Shown here: positions 1-12,749 of the stretch, one piece after another
Numbering within the stretch: the stretch's first letter is position 1
Layout of the letters: every line of letters starts with the position of its first letter
DNA from: Squalus acanthias
Taxonomy: Eukaryota
Direction: 5' to 3'
DNA: 64,000 nucleotides
Assembly: GCA_030390025.1 (NCBI GenBank)
Contig: CM059433.1
Span: 20,214,001-20,278,000, forward strand
Notes under the pieces: model-generated
What the model saw: the letters and a program-made list of their open reading frames with translations, nothing else
Told to the model about the DNA's origin: nothing
Database searches by the model: none
Program-made: the position numbers and the translations under genes

Positions 1-2001
1 GCAAATCGTGTTTAACTAACTTGATTGAGTTTTTTCATGAGGTAACAGAGAGGGTTGATGAGGGCAATCCGGTTGATGTGGTGTACATGGACTTCCAAAA
101 GGCGTTTGCTAAAGTGCCACATAATAGGCTTGCCAGCAAAGCTGAAGCCCATGGAATAAAAGAGACAGTGGCAGCATGGATACAAAATTGGCTAAGTGAC
201 AGGAAACAGAGAGTAGTGGTGAACGGTTGTTTTTCAGACTGGAGAAAGGTATACAGTGGTGTTCCCCAGGGGTCAGTACTAGGACCACTACTTTTCTTGA
301 TATATATTAATGACTTGAACTTGGGAGTACAGGGCACAATTTAAAAATTTTCAGATGACACAAAACTTGGAAGTATAGTGAACAGTGAGGAGGATAGTGA
401 TAGACTTCAGGAAGACATGGACAGGCTGGTGAAATGGGCAGATATGTGGCAGAGAAAATTTAACGCAGAAAAGTGCGAAGTGATACATTTTGGTAGGAAG
501 AACGAGGAGCGGCAATATAAACTAAAGGGTACAATCCTAAAGGGAGTGCATGAACAGGGAGACCTGAGGGTATATGTGCACAAATTGTTGAAGGTGGCAG
601 GGCAGGTTGAGAAAGAGGTTAAAAAAGCATACGGGATACTGGACTTCATAAATAGATGCAGAGAGTACAAAAGCAAGGAAGTTATGATGAACCTTTATAA
701 AACACTGTTTCAGCCTCAACTGGAGTATTGAGCTTGAAATTCGCCTCCTTTGCGCCTCCCGTTAGCGTCTCCGTGGGCGATAACGTGGCGCTACCGGCTT
801 TGCGACTGGACGCGGTGAGAGTACCGTCACCCGCAAAATTCCCATCGAGGTTTGCGACGGTGATAACCCCTAGCGCCACGATCTCCTGCGCCTGGAGATC
901 GTGACATCATCATGCTGTGCATCGCTCCGGTAGCGCCCCGGACCCGAAATTTGGTTCCACCCCCTGCAGCATCGCCAGGCGACAACACCAATAGCTGCAG
1001 GAGGCGTTGTCAGGGAGCCTGACCACTTGGGGAGCGGTATTTAAAGGTGATGATGGTTGTGTGAAAAAAACATTTTCTTAATGTCTTACGCTCATTTTTC
1101 AGCATTTTGTTCGGCTGCGATCGATCATCCCTGCACTCTGCTAGAGTGCTTGGGGCTGATCATGTCAGATCATGGCTGCCGTCAGCGACGAGGGACCTCG
1201 TTTCAATGCAGAGCCTGCAGCGATGGCCCTTCCCTTTAAGGGAGGGAAGGAGCCTCTGTTCCCGGCAGCGCTGCCCTCGGCATTGGGCAGCGCTGCACCG
1301 CCACTGCCCCTCTTGCCAGCTTTAGCACTCCAAGGGAAGTGGTAGCGCTTGATTTAGCGTTCTACTTCCTTCCTGGTGCGCGATCAGCCAATTTACTGGA
1401 ACCTTACAACCATTAGCGCTTTGCCCTAATTTTTCAAGATTTCAAGAATTTCTCCCCCATTGTGTCCAATTCTGGGCACCGCACTTTAGGAAGTATGTGA
1501 AGGCCTTAGAGAGGGTGCAGAAAAGATTTACAAGAATGATTCCAGGAATGAGGGACTTCAGTTACATGAATAGACTAGAGAAACTGGGGTTGTTCTTCTT
1601 AGAGCAGAGAAGGTTGAGAGGAGATTTGATAGAGGTATTCAAAATCATGAGGGGTCTAGACAGAGTAGATAGTGAGAAACTGTTCCCATTGGCAGAAGGA
1701 TTGAGAACCAAAGGACACAGATTTAAGGTGATTGGCAAAAGAACCAAAGGCGACATGAGGAAAAAAAATGTTTATGCAGTGAGTGGTAGGACCTGTAATG
1801 CACTGCCTGAAAGGGTGGTGGAGGCAGTCTCAAGCGTGGCTTTCAAAAGGGAATTGGATAAGGACCTGAAAGAGAAAGGTTTGCAAGGCTACGGGGAAAG
1901 GGTGGGGGAGTGGGACTAGCTGAAGTGCTCTTGCAGAGAGCCAGCACGAGCTCGACAGGTCGAATGGCCTCCTTCTGTGCTGTAACCATTCTATGATTCT
2001 A
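1..2001 (+). mobile_element. CR1 LINE, 3' part (RT and tail), cut by the window edge and interrupted by a MITE at 730-1458
   Basis: ORFs 21-344, 378-731 and 1497-1919 carry [16 protein letters not shown] and RRLRGDLIEVFK motifs; tail ends in ATTCTATG repeats near 1988-2002. Confidence 0.93.
730..1458 (+). mobile_element. Harbinger-type MITE, family A (older, more decayed copy)
   Basis: Ends GAGCTTGAAATTC and GAATTTCTCCCCC; ATT duplicated at 727-729 and 1459-1461. Removing it restores CR1 GAGTATTGTGTCCAATTC (EYCVQF). Confidence 0.85.
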
Positions 2002-2109
2002 TGTTGAAGAACTGTATACTGTAGAGGAAAAGACAGTTGGTATTGAAATAGGGAAGGAAGAGAAGGTGTCAATTGTGTATGGGCCGTGAAGTCCATGAAT
2101 ATGAAGTGA

Positions 2110-3362
2110 GTGTTGCAGTAAGTGAGCTCAGGCGTTGTAAGATTCCAGCAGAAGTAAGTAATAACATGGGAGAGGAGGCAACAAACAAATGCATTGATTT
2201 GTGTAAAGCCATTTACTTGAAAGAGGAATAGCCAGACGATTTCGTGAAAATAATTATGATACCTCAGGAAAAAAAGCTAAATGCTAGGAAATGTGGTGAG
2301 TTTTGCACCATCAGCTTGATTCAACATGCCTCAAAGATTATGCTCAGATTACTTACAAGATGGTTAAGAGCAAAAAGTGGAACAATACCTTGGCAAAGAT
2401 CAATTTGGCTTTCACAGGGGTTATGGAGCAAGAGAAACAATAATGATAAAGAGAGTTCTGTGCAAGAGGAGTAGAGAACATAACCAAGAGGTGTATATTT
2501 ACATTGCAGATTTTGAAAAAGCCTTTGATAGAGTGAACTTGATCAAACTAATGGAGGTACGAAAGAATATTGGTGAGGATTAGACTGATAGACAGACACC
2601 TGATAAAGGCTTTGTGTACGGGACAAACAGCAAGTGTTAGAGTAGCAGATGGAAAGTCAGCCAGGAGTGATTGGAAGAGGAGTGCGACAAGGATGCTGCT
2701 TGTAACCTGTGTTGTTCTCCGGGTATGCAGTAGCAATGATAAGAGAAATGTTTAATCAGGTAGAGGAAGGAGTGAAAGATGGAAGTCAGCTCGTGAAAGC
2801 TGTCAGATTTGCTGATGACAAGGGCTTGGTATTAAGTACTACAGTTGTTGGTAAATAGTCTGAATGGCCTACTCCTGTTCCTACGCTCCTATATTGACTG
2901 GACAACTGCATAGAGAACTGAAGAAAAGATTAGTGATGCGTTTGATATGGAATGTGGTGCGGTATGGAGCTGAAGCGTGAGTGCTGAAGAAAGGGGAGAT
3001 CAGGTTTCTAGAGAGTTTTGAGATGTACGTTTGGAGTCACATCGAGAAAGTAAAGTGAATAGACAAGGACATTAATGAGGAGGTGTTGGCAATGATATAA
3101 GAAGAATGTAGTTTGATTGATGTTATCAGAAAAAGCAAAATGAATTGGATTGGGCGTGTGCTGAGAGGGGATGGGATGTTGAAAGAGGTGTTAGAAGGAC
3201 GATGGAAGGAAAAAGACTGAGAGGGAAGAAAAGAAGGATGCTTCTGAACCATTTGAAGAATAGGAGATCGTATGGAGAATTGAAGAAAGAAGCACAAGAC
3301 CTAGTGGTTTGGAGAAGAGAGAATTGAGCCAGAACTTGCCTTAGGCAGACCACTGATGATGA
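2110..3362 (+). mobile_element. Degraded RTE-clade LINE, 3' part
   Basis: Fragments ISLIQHASKIML, DQFGF, DFEKAFDRV, VRFADD and MEGKR..G; (GAT)n tail at ~3356-3363. Boundaries approximate. Confidence 0.75.
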
Positions 3363-3779
3363 TTAAATATTTAACCATTTTCTACAAACCCAGTCAACAA
3401 TTGCCATATTGGGGCATGAGAGCATTTGTCGTGACAGAAAATATAATTCACATATTAAGACTTTGCCTTTCTGTATATGAGCAAAGGAAGTAAACTATAA
3501 AAGGGCAAAGTTGAGTGTAAGTAGAAAAAGAACTGGAGTGCATTTAATTTTTTTTGTCCAGATAAAAATGTTTGACAAACATCGAGATCAATAGCCCTGA
3601 ACTTCCTTTTAATTTTCATTGCAACAGCAGTGTATGAGTTGCATTGTGCAGTGTTTTTCTGAAGAAATTTGCGCGTTAGTGAATTATGCCGGTTTTACAC
3701 CAGAACTTAGCTAGAGGCGAATCTCCTCGATGGTTTGCGCCGTTCCCAAGTTCCATCCACTGAAACCTCACTTAACTCA

Positions 3780-4288
3780 GTAACATGTTTGAATCTCTCC
3801 AGTTCAGTTTCTACAGCACCAAAATGGCCCTGACCAAAGTCACAAATGACATCCTCTGTCACCATGGTCATGGTGCGGTAGCCCTTGCTGACCTCTCTGC
3901 AGCCTTTGACATAGTCGACCACACCATCCTCCTCCAATACTTCTCCTCCATTGTCCAGTGCAATGGGACTGTCCTCACATGGTTCCACTGTTACCTATCT
4001 GATAATAGCCATAGTACCTCCAGCATTGGCTTCTCTTCCCTCCCTCACACTGTTATTGCCAAGTACCCGCCACCTCTCCACCTCCATTTCCTCCTTTAAG
4101 ACCCTTCTTAAAACATATGTCTTTCACCAAGCTTTTGGTCACCCCTCCTATTTCTTCCTTCCTTAGCCTCCTTATCTTCCATAGCTACATGCTTCTCCTT
4201 GGTGGCATCATCCACAGATATGGAGTCAGCTTCCACATTTATGATTAAAACAGCCAGGTCTACATTTCCACCACCTCTCTCAACCCCT

Positions 4289-4319
<31 letters not shown>

Positions 4320-5040
4320 ACTGCCTCTGTGTTGTCAGACTGCTAGTCTGGGATCCAGTCTGGAATAAGCTGCAATTTCCTTCAGCTAAACATCGGAAAG
4401 ACTGAAGCTATTGTCTTCAGCCCCTGTCGTAAGCTCTGTACCCTTGGCACAGAGTCCACCCACCTCATTGGCCACTGTCTGAGACTGAACCAGACTGTTC
4501 GTAACCTTGGCGTCCTATTTAACCTTAAGCTGAGCTTTCGACCCCATATCCTCTCCATCACAGGACCGTCTACTTCCACCTTCGTAATATCACACCTCTT
4601 CACCGCTGCCTCAGCCCACCTGGTGCTGAAACCCTCATCCATGCTTTTTTTACCTCCAGATTCGACTATTCCTATGTTCTCCTGGCTGATGTCAGATCCT
4701 CCATCCTCTGTATGCTTGAGTTCATCCAAAACTCTACTACCCATGTCCTACTCCACAGCAAGTCCCGCTCACCTATCATCCCAGTCTTCATTGACCTCCA
4801 TAGGCTCCTGGTCCCCCCACACCTAAATTTAAAATTATCATTGTTGTTTTTAAATCCCTCATGGCCTCACCCCTCCTTATCCCTGTAATCTCCACCAGTC
4901 CTACAGCCCGCACCCTGAGCTCTCTGTTTCTCCGATTCGGGCCTCTTGTGCATTCCCCCTCCTTTCACCCACCAGTGGCAGCCGTGCTTTCAGCCAGCTA
5001 GGCCCCAGCTCTGTAGTACACCCTCGAAACCCCTCCAACT
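3780..5040 (+). mobile_element. L2 LINE fragments; 3' tail resumes at ~8925-9060
   Basis: ALTKVTNDIL and DLSAAFDIVDHTILL motifs, VRNLGVLF-like segment and C-rich L2 composition. Confidence 0.8.
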
Positions 5041-5139
5041 TTCCAGTACAAAAGTGATGTTCCCCCGGGATCTGTGCTGGGCCTCAGCTTTTCACCATAT
5101 ATGTAAATGACGTGGTTGAAAGAATAGAGAGTTGTATAT

Positions 5140-8100
5140 CGTAGCATTCGCAACAACTTGGACGAATTAATGGCACTAATAGAAGTAAATGGGTATGATG
5201 TAATTGCCATTACAGAGACATGGTTGCAGGGTAACCAAAGCTGGGAACTGAATGTTCCAGGGTACTCAACATTTCGGAAGGACAGACAAAAAGGAAAAGG
5301 AGGTGGCGTAGCGCTGTTAATAAGGGATGAGATCGGTATGGTAGAGATAAAAGATCTTGGCTTGGCAGATCGTGATGTAGAACTGGAATCAGTTTGGGTG
5401 GAGCTAAGAAAAAGCAAAGGGCGGAAAACATTGGTGGGAGTTGTGTATAGGCCATCAAACAGTAATGGTAATGTAAGGCACAGTATCAATCAAGAGATTA
5501 GAAGTGCATGTAACAAGGGCAATACAGTAATCATGGGGGACTTTAATCTACATAATGACTGGGCAAATCAAATTACCACTAATGGTGTGGAGGACGAATT
5601 CTTGGAATGCATGCGAGATGGTTTCCTGGATCAGTATGTGGAGGAACCAACCAAGGATCAGGCTATTCTGGATCTGGTACTGTGTAATGAGAAAGGGCTA
5701 ATCAATAATCTCATGGTAAAGGGGCCTTTAGGGACAAGTGACCATAATATGATTGAATTTTACATTAAGTTTCAGAGTGATGTAGTCCAATCTGAAACTA
5801 AGGTCTTCAATCTAAACAGAGGAAACTACAAGGGTATGAGGGACAAGTTGGCCATGGTAGATTGGGAGACTACACTAAAAGGTAAGAAGGTGGACATACA
5901 ATGGCTAACATTCAAGGAAATGATGCATAATTTGCAACAAACATATATTCCTCTAGGGCATAAAAACCCAAAAGGAAAAGTGATCCAACCATGGCTAACA
6001 AAAGAAATTAAAGCTAGTATTAAGTCAAACGAGGAAGCTTATAAAGTTGCCAGAAAAAGCGGTCAGCCTGAGGATTGGGATCATTTTAGAAATCAGCAAA
6101 GAGGGACCAAGAAATTGATAAAGAAAGGGAAAATGGAATATGAGCACAAACTAGCGAAAAATATAAAAACGGATTGTAAAAGCTTCTATATGTATGTGAA
6201 AAGGAAAAGACTGGCGAAGGTAAATGTAGGTCCTTTACAGTCAGAGATGGGAGAATTTATAATGGGGAATGAGGAAATGGCTGAGAAATTAAATAAATAC
6301 TTTGTTTCTGTCTTCACGGGGGAAGACACAAAAAACTTCCCAGAAATATGAGAAAACCAAGGGTGTGACGAGAATGAGGAACTTAAAGAAATTATTATTA
6401 GTAAAAAAACAGTACTAGCAAAATTAATGGGACTAAAAGTCGATAAATCCCAAGGACCGAATGACCTATATCGTAGGGTTTTGAAAGAGGTGGCCATTGG
6501 AATAGTGGACGCATTGGTTGTCATCTTCCAAAATTCTATGGGGGAAAAATTCAGCTGCTTGCGCCTCCCGTTAGCGCCTTAAGAGGGCGCTAATGGGGCG
6601 TAAAGCAGCTAACGCCCGGGCGCAGCGCCGCCCACGCCTCCCGAAAAATTTAGTGGGAGGTTAGCGGCGGCGGCAGCCGGTAGCGCCCTGTGGCGCTGCG
6701 CCGCCGGCGATGACGTCATTGCCGTGCGCAGCACCCCGCTCGCGCCCCGGCCGTGATCTTCAGTCGCGCCCCCTGATTTACCGCCAGACGCTATGTCCGA
6801 CGGGTTCAGGGAGGCATACGTGCGGCCGGGGCGGCGATATTTAAAGCGGAGGTGGCAGGCGGCCATTTTTGTTGCTGGCCGCCTGCCAGCACCTGCCCCC
6901 GGCCCCCGTGAAGCCCCCCCACCGTGAAGTGCCGGCTGCGCTCCAAGAGCCCGGCACTTCTCTTGAGTGCCGGGCTCTTTTGCCGGCACTCCCGATCCCT
7001 GGGGGCCCAGCTGGGCCCCGGTTCGCGCTGCGCAGGGTCCCTCCCCTTTAAGAAGGGGAGGAAGGCCTGCAATACCGCGGCGCGACGTGCCGCAGCGCAT
7101 GGCGCTGCGGCACGTAGCGCCAGGATATTCACTCGCAGCGCCCCAAGAGGGATGCGGGCTGCTTCCAGTTGCGCTCCGCTTCCCTCTTGGGGCGCAACCA
7201 CTGAAGTTCCGGCGCGGGGCCGCTAATTTTTTCGGGGCGCTAAAAGTCGCGCCCCGGCGAGGTTAGCGCCCCAAATGGGGCGCGACTCAATTTTTACCCC
7301 TATAGATTCTGGAACGATTCCTGCAGATTGGAGGATAGCAAATGTAACCTGGCTATTTAAGAAAGGAGGGAGAGAGAAAACGGGGAACTACAGACCTGTT
7401 AGCCTCACATCAGTAGTTAGGAAAATGCTGGAATCTATTATAAAGCATGCAATAACTGGGCACTTAGAAACTAATAGTAAGATTGGGCAGAGTCAACATG
7501 GATTTATGGAAGGGAAATCCTGTTTGACACACCTATTGGAGTTCTTTGAGGATGTAACTAGTGGAGTAGACAAAGGGGAACCGGTATATGTGGTGTATCT
7601 GGATTTTCAGAAGGCCTTTGATAAGGTCCCACACAAGAGGTTGGTCAACAAAATTAGGGCACATGGAATTGGGGGTATTATACTAGCATGGATTGAGAGT
7701 TGGTTAACAGACAGAAAACAAAGAGTAGGGATAAACAGGTCTTTTTCAGAATGGCAGGCTGTGACTAGTGGGGTGCCGCAAGGATCGGTGCTTGGGCCCC
7801 AGCTATTCACAATCTATATCAATGATTTGGATGAGGGGACTAAAAGTAACATTTCCAAATTTGCTGATGATACAAAGCTAGGTGTCAGTGTCAGTTGCGA
7901 AGAGGATGTGAAGAGGCTTCAAGGGGATCTCGACAGGCTCAGTGAGTGGGCGAGAACATGGCAGATGGAATATAATGTGGATAAATGTGAAGTTATCCAC
8001 TTTGGTAGAAAAAACAGAAAGGCAGAGTATTTCCTAAATGGTGACAGATTGGGGAATGCAGATGCTCAAAGGGACCTGGGTGTCCTTGTACATGAGTCAC

Positions 8101-8790
8101 TGAAAGTGAATGTGCAGGTGCAGCAAGCCATTAGGAAGGCAAATGGTATGCTGGCCTTCATTACAAGAGGATTTGAGTACAGGAGTAAAGAAGTCTTACT
8201 CCAATTATATAGGGCCTTGGTGAGACCACACTTGGAGTACTGTGTACAATTTTGGTCTGCTTACCTAAGGAAGGATATACTTGCCATAGAGAGAGTGCAA
8301 CGAAGGTTCACAAAATTGATTCCTGGGATGGCGGGACTGTCGTATGAGAAGAGATTGAGTAAACGAGGCCTGTATTCTCTTGAATTCAGAAGAGTGAGAG
8401 GGGATCTCATTGAAGCATACAAAATTATTACAGGGCTTGATAGGATGGATGCTGGGAGAATGTTTCCCTTAGCTGGGGAGTCTAGAACCAGGAGCCACAG
8501 CCTCAAGATAAAGGGTAGGCCATTCAGGACTGAGATGAGAAGAAATTTCTTCACACAGAGGGTGGTGAATCTTTGGAATTCTCTACCCCAGAGGGCTGTG
8601 GAGGCTCAGTCATTGGGTATATACAAAACAGAAGTCGATAGATTTCTGACTAGTAAGGGCATCAAGCGATATGGCGATAGGGCCGGTGAATGGAGTTGAG
8701 GCAGAAGATCAGCCATGATCTCGTTGAATGGCGGAGCAGGCTCGAAGGGCCGAATGGCCTACTCCTGCTCCTATTTCTTATGTTCTTATG
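5140..8790 (+). mobile_element. CR1 LINE with nearly complete ORF2 (APE endonuclease + RT), 5'-truncated, one nonsense codon, MITE inserted at 6540-7300
   Basis: ORF 5158-6351 has ITETW, GGGVAL, MGDFN and SDH. ORF 7275-8699 has NYRPVSLTS, DFQKAFD, GVPQGS and FADD. Tail is TTCTTATG repeats. Confidence 0.95.
6540..7300 (+). mobile_element. Harbinger-type MITE, family A (CpG-rich copy, 761 bp)
   Basis: TIRs GGGGGAAAAATT and AATTTTTACCCC; TAT duplicated at 6537-6539 and 7301-7303; repeated subterminal TTAGCGCC/GGCGCTAA. Confidence 0.92.
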
Positions 8791-9360
8791 TTTGCAGTTG
8801 ACATTAAGCTAGGAGGCACAGTGAGTTGTGTAGAAGGGAGCAGGAAGACATGTTGTTGAGGTACAGATCAACCATAATCTAACAGGAACAGGCTCAAGCA
8901 GCGGAATGGCTTACTCCTATATTCCCTTTCTTCCTTTAAGATCTGTCTCTTAACACATCTTTGACCAAGTTGCTTCTTTGGCTCAGTTTCAATTTTCTTT
9001 TGATTGTGCCTCTGTGAAGCATCTAGGGACAATTTTCTACACAAAAAGCCTCCATGAATGTAAGTGGTAGCAGTTGAATTGCTGACATGTTCAAGGTTCT
9101 TTTGGATTTTTGTGTGTATATTAAGAAATGGAGAAAAAGGCAAGTTAGAAGAGAGAAACCTCTCAGACTTTCTGTTGTGAGGCTGACCTTCACTCAGGGG
9201 ACGGTCTGTCCAGATTCTCTTGCCTGTACTCAGGCAGATTCTTTAGGCACAAGCACCATTTTGTCCATGTGGGCCTGCTGCAGTTTGAATAGGGAGGCTT
9301 GACAAGAGATTGCCAGTGGTACTTAAAATATGTTGATACATAGAGTTGGTGCAATATAGT

Positions 9361-10143
9361 GGCCCGTAATTTACGATCAGCGGCGAAGCAAAGGTACTCG
9401 CCACTGGCAACGAAGTAAGCTTCCCCCAATATCTTGCGATTTCTGTGGCAAGAAGTTCGGCTTTTCCGATGTATAATTGAAACCAACGCAAGTTAAAGGG
9501 GAATCCCTAACCCGAGCTGCTGTGATAGCAGCAAGTTGTCTGAGCAGCCAATCAAAACGCAGAATTCTCACAGGCAGCGAACCCGGAAGTGGGTAAGCTC
9601 CTTTGATTCTAACTTTTTAAAAATGTTAGAGAGAGTAAAACAATGACTGGGGCTCTCACATGGGGAAAAAGGCAAACCGGAAAAAAAACGAACAAACTTT
9701 GAAAACATTTCTTAAAAATTTGAATTTTTATTAAAATGGATAAATTTGACACTCCACAAATTAGTTTTTCAGGGCTACAACCTTTGTTTAGCAGGTCAAT
9801 ACGCTGTTAAAACCCCAGTTACACCTAATCCAAAAGGGTCTAACTTTTAATGGGGTATTTAACAGCGATATTACCGCGGAAGAGCTGAAATTTTGGTCAT
9901 TTCCCATGATTTGACAGATTACGCTGATTGCCGTGGGTGCGGGGTGTGGGGGGGGGGGCGGGCGGGGTGCGGGGGGTAACCTCAGCGCAGCCAGTGTCGG
10001 AGCAGTGAATGACTGACCACAAGTTCAGGATTTCCGCGTTAGGATGCGCAGGCGCTACATTCTGAATTTGCGGTCAGTTTCAAAGGGGTAATAACAGCAC
10101 ACACTATTCTTTCACTGTTGTTACCCACCGCAAATTCCGGGTC
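9361..10143. mobile_element. Harbinger-type MITE, family C
   Basis: Ends GGCCCGTAATTTACG and CGCAAATTCCGGGTC; flanks AGT/AAT (one mismatch); related to 23538-24274 (opposite orientation) and 44749-45050. Confidence 0.75.
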
Positions 10144-10652
10144 AATATTTTTAAATCTTGCCACAGGAGATTGCCACGCTTATCAATTCTGATAACTTTC
10201 TCCATCGTTAACTCTCCTTGAAATTTTGCAGGATAACTTGGTTTTGTAGCCAGGGAAATTGCATTTCTATGCTGGGTAAAAAGTAGAGCAAAGGAATAAA
10301 TAGCAGAACCCAAAAATGGGCCAAGAGAGTTAACACTATGTGCAAATCTTAGACTGGCAAGGTCTCTCGATGAATATCTTGATTTGTCCTTGGTACAGAG
10401 TGGCAGTGATACCACCCCAGATACGAGAAGTTAGCAGTTTTTCCTTTCCATTTGCCAGTGCAATGCTTCCCTTGATCCTGACAGTTGGGAACCAGCACCA
10501 GCCTCCACATTCCTGGCCCCACCCTACCCAATAATGTCACGGGAGATTAATTCGGTTTTGTTTCAAGTAATGGTTGCTTGACTACACTATTTGTAAGCAT
10601 TACTAAATAATTCTGCTGCAGGCCGAGGAAGTACATTATATTATCACATATA

Positions 10653-10980
10653 GGGCAACATGGTGGCATAGTGGTTAGCACTGTTGCCTCACAGCGCCAG
10701 GGACCCGGGTTCAAATCCGGCATCGGGTGACTGTCTGTGTGGAGTTTGCACATTCTCCCCGTGTCTGCGTGGGTTTCCTCCAGGTGCTCCGGTTTCCTCC
10801 CACAGTCCAAAGATGTGCGGGTTAGGTTGATTTGGCTATGATAAATTGACCCTTAGTGTTAGGGGGATTAAATACGTGGGGTTACGGGGATAGGGTGGGA
10901 TATGTGTCGGTGCAGGCTCGATGGGCCGAAATGGCCTCTATCTGCACTGTGGGGATTCTGTGATTCTGTGATTCTGTGAT
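10653..10980 (+). mobile_element. tRNA-derived V-SINE (shark HE1-like) with CR1-derived tail
   Basis: A box TGGCATAGTGG at 10664-10674, B box GGTTCAAATCC at 10708-10718, V-domain-like GTGTGGAGTTTGCACATTCTCCCCGTGTCTGCGTGGGTTTCC, and (GATTCTGT)n tail. Confidence 0.88.
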
Positions 10981-11017
10981 CTACATTTTGGTATGACACG
11001 GCCATGGATTGTTTTAA

Positions 11018-11390
11018 GAACATAAGAACTTAAGAATTAGGAGCAGGAGTAGGCCACTCAGCCCTTCGAGCCTGCTCCGCCATTCAATAAGATCATGGCT
11101 GATCATCGATCTCAACTCCACTTAACCGCCCGATCCCCATATCCATGGATTCCCTTCGTGTCCAAAAATCTATCGATCTCAGCCTTGAATATACTCAACG
11201 ACTGAGCATCCACAGCCCTCTGGGGTAGAGAATTCCAAAGATTCACAACCCTCTGAATGAAGAAATGTCTCCTCATCTCAGTCCTAAATGGCCGACCCCT
11301 TATTCTGAGACTGTGACCCCCTGGTTCTAGACTCTCCAGCCAGGGGAAACATCCTCTCAGCATCTACCCTGTCAAGCCCCTTAAGAATTT
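11018..11390 (-). mobile_element. CR1 3' fragment
   Basis: Minus ORF 11112-11363 (HSLRIRGRPFRTEMRR..FF..RVVNLWNSLP) plus tail; same subfamily as 5140-8790. Confidence 0.9.
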
Positions 11391-12749
11391 TACACATTTT
11401 ATATGGGACTATCCGGAATTGTGTATACATTTACAATGCACCTTCTCTGTATGAGGCCAGTTAAAGGCTGCCTGTACGTTGTCTATTTTCAAAGAAAGAA
11501 TGTGTAAATGCTATCATTTTTCACCTGACTTTACTGACTTTACCCTGCATGGTTGAATGTTTGGGAGTTGAGCATTGCAAGTGCAACAGTAAAGGATTAA
11601 AAGTTGAATTTGTGAGGATGTGATGACGTTTGGAAACCAGGCCGTTTTAACAAATTTATTCAAAGTTGTAAACTTATGAGGGAAACGGATCAGATACTGC
11701 CTTCCTGAAAGAACACTTAAGTTTGCTTTTATTCTGAACAGATTTTAGAGCACAGATAATTGGAGCTTAATTTATGGGCAATAAAAAGCCTTCACGAGAA
11801 GCTTTCATTGTATCTTAACCTATTAAATCTGTACATTTTGATGATTTTTGAGCCTGAAAATGAGCACATTTTATGAATAAAAACTTAAAGTAGCATCAAT
11901 ACAAAGCTTCTTGACAGCTAAAATGCTACTTAATGGAGGAATTCACTCTTCTGTTGTCAGATTGTATTGTGACAGTGGATCCATTTTAAATTTTGATTTA
12001 TTTCAATATGGTATAGATTACTGCTCAAAGGATTGCCTGTGGAAGGTAGCTACTCTGCAATTTTTATACATTAATAGGGCAGTGCCAGTAAAATACAAGT
12101 ATTACTCTCTGAAGAGACTCACTACTGTGCTGCAGCTGCCTGGCTTTGTCACTTAGGGCCTGAGCACATGCAGTGCCTTGTGAAGAAATGGGGATTTTCT
12201 CTGCTGGTGTTCAGCAGATTTCCCTGACAATTGCACACTCCACAGCTAGCTTACTGAACTGTAGGAGATTTATACCAATTAAAATAGCTAGTTTATGCTT
12301 GAGAATTATTAAAGAATCATTATTACAGGTTCGTCGCGATTGGTTGATGTTCGTATATTACAGCAGGGTTTCTCTTGTTCTAAAATTGTACGTTTCTGTT
12401 TTCATTGGTGGCCTGTTTTATGTGGTCTAAAAACTGGCCTTTCTCACATTTATCACAAAGAAGATTTATGCCCCCCTGATTTTTTGGTAACAGTGGGCAT
12501 CCCATTAAGGGCGGTCTTGGGCAGAATCAATGTCCTTGACTCTCCGCTGGGACAAGTTTGTATTATCAGCCAAACAGCTCGGCAGATACTGCCAGGTTAG
12601 AGAAAGCCCACTTGTCTTTAGGGGACTCGTATCAAATTAAAAAGGGCACATTTTCCGACATTTATTGAGCACTAATTTTTTTTTGGAAAACACTGAGATA
12701 AACATAAAACTGTTTTTGACAGTATAAATCCTCTATTTCTCCTCAGTGC

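Noticed and set aside
35..676. Antisense ORFs opposite CR1 RT, also at other CR1 copies
   Set aside because: Shadow frames of CR1 ORF2 that recur only because the copies are homologous.
4199..4405. Poly-proline ORF over a C homopolymer
   Set aside because: A simple C run between L2 fragments with no splice or homology support.
6609..7266. Overlapping Ala/Arg/Gly-rich ORFs in family-A MITEs
   Set aside because: Expected from very high GC; frames are not kept among copies and no domain is recognisable.
7275..8699. Retron, DGR or other bacterial RT system
   Set aside because: Motifs, upstream APE domain and 3' tail are those of a CR1 non-LTR retrotransposon.
10653..10725. tRNA gene
   Set aside because: It is the tRNA-derived head of a SINE and runs on into the V-domain and CR1 tail.
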